Both the position numbers and the translations under genes were made by a program. DNA of 64,000 bases from a virus, in IMG/VR virus record IMGVR_UViG_3300046471_000128, positions 1 to 64,000 of that record; one strand, 5' to 3'. Positions 27,780 to 35,900 of the stretch are shown one piece after another. Each line of letters begins with the position of its first letter. The first letter of the stretch is position 1. A model generated the notes under the pieces. It was not told where the DNA came from and did no database searches. It was given only the letters and a program-made list of their open reading frames with translations.

Positions 27780-29081
27780 TCAGACGATCAGCGCCTTGAC
27801 AACCGAGTGGTCCAGCTCAGCGGCCTCCCGGTAATACCACTGGCCGCCCGCCACCGCGAAGTCGGTCACCGCCACGTAGTCGAAGTTGGTCGCGCGGGTG
27901 GCCGTGTCGACGTTCACCAGCACGAAGCCGTTGTGCCAGCGCTCGCCCTCGCAGTAGGAGGCACTCCGCTTGTGGCCGCTGCCGAGCTGGTGCCACTCGT
28001 AGGCGCCGTAGATCGGCGAGAAGTGGCTCCAGACCTGGTGCCGGTGGTGATGGCCGTTCACGCCCGGCAGGCCCATGTTGCGCGCGTGCGGGAAGTGATG
28101 GCAGAGCACCGTGTCGTAGTAGACCTTGTAGTTGTTCGCCAGCTCGCGCTCGAAGTCGCGCTTGGTGAAGGCCGCCAGGTCCGCCTTTGCGACGTAGTTG
28201 ATCTGGAACTGGTCAAGGCCCAGCAGCTTGCTCACGGTCATGCCATGCAGGTCGGAGAGCACCGAGCGCAGCGCGGGCGTGGCGTCGGCGAGCTGGCGCA
28301 GCAGGCGCGCCTCGTGGTTGCCCTCGATGAAGTCGATCTGGGCGCCCGGACAGGCGCGGCGCAGCGGCCCGAGGATCTTCTCGTGCGTGAAGCGAATCCG
28401 GCCGGTGACGTCCCACTCGCGCGGATCGACGCCGTATTTGCCGAATTCGGGCAAGTCGAAGATGTCGCCGTTGAGCACGATCACGTCCGGCTGCACCCGC
28501 TTGGCCGTGTCGATCAGCACGCGCAGGTAGAACAGGTCGATCTCCTTGTCGTGCAGGTCCGAGCACACGAGGATGGTCTTGAAGCGCCCGCCTGCGTCGC
28601 GCACGTAACGCTCACCCCAGCTGCGGCGCTCGTCGGCGACCTTGCGGTAGTGGTCCGTGCTGACGTGCTTGGCGATATTGCGCTCGTGCTGGTGCTGCTG
28701 GCGCGAGAGCTTCAGTTGCGCCTGGCGCGCGAACTCATTGAAGGTGCCGAAGTGCTGGGACCAGACCGACTCGGCAAGGCGCCCTTCGCGGCGGAAGAAG
28801 TCACGCGAGATCGCCCGGTCGGCGTTGAGCAGCGCAAAGCGGCGCAGCTCCTCGATACATTGGGCGGCGCTTGCCTGGGTGATGCGATCGGTGTTCTCGG
28901 ACATCGGCAGCTCGACGCCGTTGCGATTAATCACCTTGCCGGCGTATTCCCGGGTGCGGCGCAGTGCGACGGCGCGGTTCTTGACCGTCTGCACCGAAAG
29001 CCCGAGCTCGGCCGCCACGTCCTGTAGGGTCGGGAACTGCTTGAGGTTGTTGAACGTCCTGACGAAATGGTCGTGCTGCAT
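27780..29081 (-). CDS. Calcineurin-like metallophosphoesterase with N-terminal HTH-type domains
   Basis: SDLH, NGDIFD, EGNHE, GHHH; N-terminal LQDVAAELGLSVQTV. Start moved to ATG 29081. Confidence 0.85.
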   Translation of the reverse strand: MQHDHFVRTFNNLKQFPTLQDVAAELGLSVQTVKNRAVALRRTREYAGKVINRNGVELPMSENTDRITQASAAQCIEELRRFALLNADRAISRDFFRREGRLAESVWSQHFGTFNEFARQAQLKLSRQQHQHERNIAKHVSTDHYRKVADERRSWGERYVRDAGGRFKTILVCSDLHDKEIDLFYLRVLIDTAKRVQPDVIVLNGDIFDLPEFGKYGVDPREWDVTGRIRFTHEKILGPLRRACPGAQIDFIEGNHEARLLRQLADATPALRSVLSDLHGMTVSKLLGLDQFQINYVAKADLAAFTKRDFERELANNYKVYYDTVLCHHFPHARNMGLPGVNGHHHRHQVWSHFSPIYGAYEWHQLGSGHKRSASYCEGERWHNGFVLVNVDTATRATNFDYVAVTDFAVAGGQWYYREAAELDHSVVKALIV

Positions 29082-29135
29082 GCGGGGGTCTTCCTGCAGT
29101 AGAAATGGAAACGGCCCCATGTGGGGCCGTGGCGG

Positions 29136-29723
29136 TTACTTGCCGTTTGCCGGCTCTTCGATCCCGAGCCGTCTGCGCTGCTGCGCCTGGAACTCTTCAA
29201 CCGAATCGACCAGTGCGTCGTGGCGCGCGGCGAGCTCCAGGTAGAGCCGGGTCAGGTCTTGGTCGGCGTCGACGAAGTCGGTAAAGCAAAGGGCTGGAGC
29301 GGCGTCGCTTTCTTCATCCCCGCTGCCGGCGGGATGAAAAGCGGTTCCTTGACGACTGGCGTTGAGCATGCGCACAGTGCCAACGTCGAGACTAAAGCCG
29401 CAGCTGTTGCCAGCAGGATTCGTTTCATCGGGGTGGTTCTCCGTAGGGGTGGCAGGGGTCTGCCGCTTGATCTGCGCGGCGACGCGCTTCTTGATCTGGG
29501 CCTTGTTCGAATCGATGGCGGCCGCGGTCACGGCGACCTTCTGCTCGACCTTGACGCTCGCGTCCTGGGCTTTAGCGACGCTCATGGCGTTCTGCTGCGC
29601 GACGACGTGCTCGGCCTTCACCTCGCCCTTGAGCGCGCTGGTGGCCGCGTGGTAGGTGCCCGTCTCGAAGCCGAGTGCGAACAGAACCAGCGCGAAAATG
29701 ATCTGCAGAATGACGGTCTTCAT
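29136..29723 (-). CDS. Inner-membrane spanin (Rz-like)
   Basis: N-terminal TM plus coiled coil directly after the endolysin; ATG 29723. Confidence 0.8.
   Translation of the reverse strand: MKTVILQIIFALVLFALGFETGTYHAATSALKGEVKAEHVVAQQNAMSVAKAQDASVKVEQKVAVTAAAIDSNKAQIKKRVAAQIKRQTPATPTENHPDETNPAGNSCGFSLDVGTVRMLNASRQGTAFHPAGSGDEESDAAPALCFTDFVDADQDLTRLYLELAARHDALVDSVEEFQAQQRRRLGIEEPANGK
29252..29428 (-). CDS. Outer-membrane spanin lipoprotein (Rz1-like), embedded out of frame in Rz
   Basis: Hand translation MKRILLATAAALVSTLALCA-CSTPVVKEPLFIPPAAG... (58 aa): lipobox, Pro-rich mature part, GGAGA RBS. Confidence 0.85.
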   Translation of the reverse strand: MKRILLATAAALVSTLALCACSTPVVKEPLFIPPAAGMKKATPLQPFALPTSSTPTKT

Positions 29724-30334
29724 TTCGGGTCCATGAAGGTGTAGCGCTGGCGCCGGTCGAACCAGATCGAGCGCACGTAGCCGCGGTTGATTTGATAGAA
29801 GCTCTGGCCGTAGCCCTTCACGGCGGTCTTCGCTTTGAGGCTCGTCAACTCGACGTTGCCGAACCACTTGCCCGGGTTGCAGCCCTTGGTCGCCTGGCAG
29901 ACGTGGCGATCGTTGATCAGGCCACCGAGGCCGCCGTTGTAGGCGGAAAAGGCGAACTGGAGCCGGTCTTCGGGCGTGTCGGCGAACTTGATCGAGTTGA
30001 AGAGGTTGCGGTCGTAGGCGACGAGCGCGCCGAGCTGCATCTTCGGATCGAACCGGTCTTCCCACTTCCAGTTCTTGAGCGACTTGTCCCAGCCCTTCGC
30101 CGCCTCGAAGTTGTTGAACTTCGGGGTGACGGTCAGCTGCCCGAGGCCGAACCCGTATTCCCGGCTCGTTTTAAGCTCGGTCTTGGGGTTCCAGCAGCGC
30201 GGGGAGGTCAGCGACACGCACGTCTCTTGCTCGACCTGTGCGGCAAGCGTCGAGGGTGCGGGCATCGCGGGCCAGAGCGCGGTGATCTGCGCAGCCAGCA
30301 CCGGGATGTAGAGCGAAGCGAGCTTAGGCAGCAT
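29720..30334 (-). CDS. Endolysin, lytic transglycosylase (SLT) type
   Basis: AQVEQET (catalytic Glu), GLGQL, SAYNGG, INRGYV. Confidence 0.88.
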   Translation of the reverse strand: MLPKLASLYIPVLAAQITALWPAMPAPSTLAAQVEQETCVSLTSPRCWNPKTELKTSREYGFGLGQLTVTPKFNNFEAAKGWDKSLKNWKWEDRFDPKMQLGALVAYDRNLFNSIKFADTPEDRLQFAFSAYNGGLGGLINDRHVCQATKGCNPGKWFGNVELTSLKAKTAVKGYGQSFYQINRGYVRSIWFDRRQRYTFMDPK

Positions 30335-30647
30335 GGCCGGCAGCGGCCTGAATCCAGGCAACCATCGAATGCACGATGAGGCCCATGAAGCCGAGGACGG
30401 TAGCGAAAACGATAGCGGCTGAGATTGGCGACTGCCCCGCTTGGTAGATGAGAAAGCCCATCTTGACGTGCGGCAGGATCAGCAGGCGCAGCGAGTGCGC
30501 GACCGCGACGATGGCGACAACGATTGCCACCGCGTAGCCGAGGCTGAAGAGCACTGGCACATCGGTGCAGAGCACGATGAGCGCCGGGATCAGCATGATG
30601 ATCAGGCGGTCGTCGAGCAGGGTCTTGAGGGTTTGGATGAAGCGCAT
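30324..30647 (-). CDS. Putative holin
   Basis: 107 aa with 3 hydrophobic segments, directly upstream of the endolysin. Confidence 0.65.
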   Translation of the reverse strand: MRFIQTLKTLLDDRLIIMLIPALIVLCTDVPVLFSLGYAVAIVVAIVAVAHSLRLLILPHVKMGFLIYQAGQSPISAAIVFATVLGFMGLIVHSMVAWIQAAAGHAA

Positions 30648-30651
30648 GGGA

Positions 30652-30981
30652 TTAGCCTTTGACTCGGGAGTAGACGAAGACAGCGGCGGCACCGGTCACC
30701 ACGGCGCGCAGGAGGTTGCTGAGCAGGCCCGACCAGAAGTTCTTGCCCATCCCGTCAAGCCACGCGAGAAACTTGTCCATGCGCGCGTGCTGGATCATGT
30801 GCTCGGCCGGCGACTGATCGCCGAAGTAGGACTCGAGCTCCTTCCGCACGTCCTTGACGATGCTGTCGCGAAGCGCATCGTCGCGCTCGCGCAGCTTCAG
30901 GCCCATCTCTTCAACGGTCGCCTTGGCAACTTCGCGGGCGATGGTCATCAGGTTCTCCTGGTCTTTCGGGTCGAAACTCAT
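30652..30981 (-). CDS. Lysis-cassette membrane protein (holin/antiholin-like)
   Basis: Coiled coil plus a C-terminal TM. Confidence 0.55.
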   Translation of the reverse strand: MSFDPKDQENLMTIAREVAKATVEEMGLKLRERDDALRDSIVKDVRKELESYFGDQSPAEHMIQHARMDKFLAWLDGMGKNFWSGLLSNLLRAVVTGAAAVFVYSRVKG

Positions 30982-31063
30982 GCCGTCGCTCTCTCGCGGA
31001 ATGGTGTGAAGAGGCGATGTTAACAACCTTGCACCGCCTCTGTCCAGTTACCGCTTACTTATT

Positions 31064-31402
31064 TCAGACGTCCGCCTGCACCTTGCCGCCGGCGAACAGG
31101 TAGCGCGCGCCGCCAAACGCGTAGGTGAGGTTCGTCTTCTCGGCGTCGGCCGGTTCGGACGCCACCAGTTGCTTTTCGACGAAGCTGAATGCGTTTTCCT
31201 TGTCTCCCGGCAGGCCCGCCACCGTGATGTGGACCGGCATACCGACCATCTGCTTGCCCGCCGCTTTCGCGTCGCTCGACACGTAGCTGTGCACCGCGGC
31301 GGTCACCGTCTGACCGATCTTGTCGAGCGTGACGCTTTGGACGACGTGGTGGGCGACAACGACGCCGGTCGCGTCCTGGGTGATTTCTTTGCTGATTGCC
31401 AT
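31064..31402 (-). CDS. Hypothetical tail-associated protein
   Basis: ATG 31402 with an AGGAG RBS; follows the tail-fibre cluster. Confidence 0.65.
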   Translation of the reverse strand: MAISKEITQDATGVVVAHHVVQSVTLDKIGQTVTAAVHSYVSSDAKAAGKQMVGMPVHITVAGLPGDKENAFSFVEKQLVASEPADAEKTNLTYAFGGARYLFAGGKVQADV

Positions 31403-31487
31403 GTATGGCTCCTGTGAATGTGAGAAGGTGGAGGGCTGTCGGAATGATCGCCTCTCCACCCATTATAGTAAGTCGTCGGTTACTTAT

Positions 31488-32033
31488 CTACGCCTTAGAG
31501 AAAAGGCGCGCGATGCCTTTGAAGACGTTCGGCGTGAAGCAGATCGGCACGCGCCACTGCGGACCCCACGGCGCGCTCCTCCACTTGGCGTCGCCCTGCT
31601 CGTCGAGTCCGTCGAAGTAGTTCCACGCCTTCCAGCCGAGCTTCCACTGTCCGAATGCGCCGTTGTAACTGACACACCAGAGGCGGCCGTCACGGGTCCG
31701 CGCATGGAAGTTCGTGTAGTTGGCGCCGCTTTCGAACTTGGTCACGATCCATTCAGCGGGGTCGAACGTCTGCCCGAGCGGCCAATAGGCGAAGCCATAA
31801 GCAGGATTGCGCCAGAGCCACTTCGTGCGGTTCCACCAGCGGGAGCCGCTCGGATCGAAGCCCGGGTAGCCGTCGCGCGTGCCGGCGTCGAGCGGTGCAT
31901 CGAAGGTCTGGAACCACGCGAGCCAGTTCGGTAGGTAGCCGTCGTTCTTGCAAAAGAGCGCGACGATTGGCGCGAGCACCATCGCGAGCGCCGTAAACAG
32001 CAGGTTGACGAGGGTCAGGAAGGCGTAGGTCAT
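31488..32033 (-). CDS. Hypothetical Trp-rich membrane-anchored phage protein
   Basis: N-terminal TM, LP.WL.WFQT.D..LD, WLWRNPAYGF. Confidence 0.75.
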   Translation of the reverse strand: MTYAFLTLVNLLFTALAMVLAPIVALFCKNDGYLPNWLAWFQTFDAPLDAGTRDGYPGFDPSGSRWWNRTKWLWRNPAYGFAYWPLGQTFDPAEWIVTKFESGANYTNFHARTRDGRLWCVSYNGAFGQWKLGWKAWNYFDGLDEQGDAKWRSAPWGPQWRVPICFTPNVFKGIARLFSKA

Positions 32034-32494
32034 GCGGGAACTCCTTGTGGAATGACTTCCATCGGTTTAAGGATGGCGGCGAACGTGTTCGGGTCGTAGC
32101 GCCACGCTTCCGGCCAGCCGAGAGCCGCCGCGACTGCTTCGGAGCAGAACCATTTGTTCTTGTCGCCCTCCTCCCGCCGCCACACGAAGCCGAGCAAGCC
32201 CAGCACGTCATACGGTTCGCCATTGTGCTGCTCGAACCAGGCGAGCGCGGCGGTCTGCTCCGCGGACGTGAGACGCAACTCGCGCACGTCCCAGTCTGCC
32301 GGGTCCAGCTCGAGCTCGACCTGGCGCACGCCGTGATCGAGATAGGCCGAGGACCAGCAGATCGACTTGCCGTCGGGAGTCTCGCCCACGACCAGCTCGC
32401 AGTGGCTATAGGGTCCATCAGTCCACCACTTCGTCATGACACCCAGCCAGCCCTTGACGCCCGGATGCCGCCCTTTGAAAAACGCTACCTTCAT
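32030..32494 (-). CDS. Permuted papain-like (NlpC/P60, YiiX-like) peptidase/amidase
   Basis: YSHCEL...PYD..G...KWFCSE (His precedes Cys). Confidence 0.78.
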   Translation of the reverse strand: MKVAFFKGRHPGVKGWLGVMTKWWTDGPYSHCELVVGETPDGKSICWSSAYLDHGVRQVELELDPADWDVRELRLTSAEQTAALAWFEQHNGEPYDVLGLLGFVWRREEGDKNKWFCSEAVAAALGWPEAWRYDPNTFAAILKPMEVIPQGVPA

Positions 32495-32505
32495 CACTGC
32501 TCCTG

Positions 32506-32991
32506 TCACTGAATGGTTGCTGCCACGGCCTCGATGGAGGCCATGATGTCGTCAAACGCGGACTGCGCCGCGGTCGCTTCGGATGCGGCGAGAACTTCGT
32601 ATTTGCGCATCCGGAGCGCGCCGAGTGCCGAGAGCGCCGCATTTAAGCCGGCGGCTTGTGCGAGGATCAGGTCCGCGGCCTGCTGGTTGGTCTTGCCGGC
32701 CGGCACCGCGAAGCCTGCCACCCAAGGGCCGGGATCGCCGGTATACCCGGCGTCTTTGAAGGCTTGTGCTGCGGTCTGTCGCGACAGGTATTCCTGCTGA
32801 AAGCGGGTCCAGTTCGAGTAGATCTCGGCGACCCGCGCGTCGATTGCCACCGGACAGACGTTCTGCAGATACCCGAGCCAGGCCGGGTCGGTGTCGGCGA
32901 CGAGCGTGCTCGTGCCGTCATCTGCCATCGCCCACACCTTGTGGGCGTCCACCTGGCTGGTTGTCGGGTCGATGGCCTTCAGATACTTCAT
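32506..32991 (-). CDS. Tail-fibre assembly / associated protein
   Basis: ATGA-coupled to the fibre; EY...AQAF...W...AADLILAQA pattern. Confidence 0.65.
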   Translation of the reverse strand: MKYLKAIDPTTSQVDAHKVWAMADDGTSTLVADTDPAWLGYLQNVCPVAIDARVAEIYSNWTRFQQEYLSRQTAAQAFKDAGYTGDPGPWVAGFAVPAGKTNQQAADLILAQAAGLNAALSALGALRMRKYEVLAASEATAAQSAFDDIMASIEAVAATIQ

Positions 32992-35900
32992 GCTGCTGCT
33001 CCTTCAAGTGCTGCAATGCGCGCGAGTGCGCTGTCGAGTTTGGCGGTCAGCATCTTTACCGCCTTCACCAGCGGATCGACCAGATCGGTCTTGTCCGCGA
33101 CTTCCTTGACCGCTTCGATCAGCGGGGCCACGAGGTCGGTGTAGGCGACGCCGAGGTAGTCTTCCTTACCTTGGCCCGCGCCCTGCTTGGTCACGGCGTC
33201 AGGGAAATGCGGCTGGATTTCCTGCGCGATCACGCCGTAGTGCTGCTCACCGCTCGCCTTGTAGGTGTAGCTCACGCCACGAATCTGACGAATCTTGGCG
33301 AGCGAGCCCTTGAGCGTTTTGATTTTCTTCTTCAGGCGCTTGTCCGAGCCGTTCGTGCCTACCCCGCCCGGCGAGATCGTGAAGCGGCCATACTCAACGG
33401 TGTTGCCGTTATTCACCGAACGCAGCACCCAACCGCCCGAGCCCGAGCCGGCGTTCACGGCAAGCATCCCTTCCCCGCCGCCATTCGAGTCGTTCCAACC
33501 CAGCGCTGCGCCTTGAGAGCTGCAATTAGCTCCCTGAACCGCGCGGAGGCTGTAGACGTTCACGAAATTCATGTAGGCGTTGTTGTTGACGTTGACCTGA
33601 TTCGTGAAGACCGAAGCGCCGTAGCAGGTGATACCGCCATTGACCACCAGGCCGCCGGTGATAGTGCCGCCGGACACATTGAGTTTCGCGTTCGGATCGA
33701 AGTTCCAGGTGCCGTAGACATAGCCGCCGAGGCCAGAACGCAAAATATCGGCGTTGTTGAACGTCCACGCGTTGGCCTGATTCGCGACGTGGAAGACGAT
33801 CGTCGGCTGCGTGCTCCCCGAGCCGCCTTCGTAGGCGTCGATCGCCGCAAGATGGCGACCACCCCAGCGCGTCCAGCGAACGCCGCCATAGGCAGAGGTC
33901 GCGTTGGCCGCGTCAATCTGAAGGGCATAGTTGCGGTTGTTATTCCAATCAACGAACGCACCGCCCATGTCGCCGGTCGTGCGGAAGGCCCCGCTTGAGG
34001 TGCTGCCTGACAACTGGCTAAAGACGGTGCTCCGCGCGGTGAGAGCGCCCGCATCGGTAAGGTTTACGTTGATTGCGTTGTTGGCACTGTTGACAAACTG
34101 CACTTCGCCGATGTTCGTGGCCCGCATGAACGGCGTGTAGGAGCCGGCCTTCATGAGCAGGCGGTAGCTAGTGGAGCCAACCGCCGCCAGCGTCACATCG
34201 CCGGTGAACGCATGCCCCGCGCTCGCGTAGTAATCCAGGCGCCCTTGACCGACTGTCGCGCTGCCGCCCGTCGAAATAATTCGACTGTCGTAATCGCTGC
34301 CGGTGCCCGAACTGTGGAAGTCGAGGAACGGCGTCATCGAGCTCGTCAGCGAGCCGAGCTCGATGTAGCTGGTAACCGCCAGCCCGTTGCTCACCGTCAC
34401 GAGGCCGGACGATCGCGCGATCTGGACTGGCGCGCTTTGCCAAGTTCCAGCATCGTTGTAGCGGTCGATGCTGAAGTCGGCGCCCGCGTTCGCGCTTTCG
34501 GTCGTCTGGTTCGCGCCCACCGTCCAACGGGTCACGCCGGCCGACGCGAGCTTCACGCCCTTGTAAGACGACGCGACGCCGTTGATGGTCACAAAATCCT
34601 GCACAGAGGCGTTGCCATTCACTTGCAGCACGTTCGTGTTGTCGTCCGTCGTCGTGCCGATGAGGACGCGACCGCCCCACGGCGCGAGCGCAACATTCTT
34701 TTTCGCCGTGTTGCCGGTGTTGTAGGCTTCGATCGACAAGCCGCCCGTGTAGGCCGATGGCGAGATCGATCCGACCGTGCTGTTGGCCGAGCTTGTGAGC
34801 GAAGCGGCGCCAGCGGCCGTGATGGTGCCCGCTACTTGCAGCTTGTTCGTGCCGTCGTCCGTCGCCGAGCCAATCAGCACCCGACCGCCATAGGTCAGGC
34901 GCATGACGAGGGTCTGATTCGCGTCACTCGCGGCATCGTTCGACGCCGAGTTCAGGTAGAAGTCGAGGTATTCCTTACCCCACGTTCCGGCGTTGAAGCC
35001 CGCGCGCAACGAAGCGACGAGGCGGTTTCCGAGGTCACTGCCCGACCCGAAGGTGCTATGAAAACGCAGCTTCGACTCGCGGCTGATCGCGCCGCTCGCT
35101 GCCCGGACGGCCAACTGAGCAGTCGTCACGCTCGGCGTGGTGTCGATCAGGGTTGCGCCCGTGATGGTCCCGCCGAGTGCCTTGTCGAACGGCGTGAGGT
35201 TGCCTGTATCCCACGGCGTGTAGCCGCCGAAGGTCGGGCGTTGCGAAAGCCCGAGCACGCCCGTCGAGCGCGTGATGGAGAGCGGCGAATCGATCCAGGT
35301 GCCTGTGTCGTCGTAGCGGTTCACGACCAGATTCGAGCCGGCATTGCTGCCCGACTCTGCACTGGCGCTGGCTGTGAACTCCCAGCGGTTCGAACCGGCC
35401 GTCTTCATATACAGCGAGCGGCCCGCGCCTGCTGCGCCGTCAACGTTGAATGCGCCACCGGTCGTGATGCTGCCGCTCGCCTTGGCAGTGCCCGCCACCT
35501 GCAGGAGGTTCGTGCCGTCGTCGGTCGAGGTGCCCACCATGACGCGGCCACCGCCGGTCATCAGCTGCATCGTCGTGAGCGCGACGCCACCACCGGCCGG
35601 ACGCGTGATCACCAGCGCGTTCTGCGAGGCCGAGTAGGTGTCGTCAATCGAGCGGATCGCGAAGCTGTTCGACGACGCGTGCAGGATTTCCCAATACTTT
35701 TCGTCGGTGGCCGCGCCCTCGCGCGTCAGATACATCGACGTCTGACCGGTGCCCGAGCCGTTCGAGGCTACGAGCGCCTTTTGTGCAGCGACGCCCTTCA
35801 GCACGCCATTGACCTGCAGCTTGCTATAGCCGTCGTCGGTGGTGGTGCCGACCAGCAGCTTGCCATTCAGGTGGTTGAGCGCGGTGCCGTCGTTGTAAAT

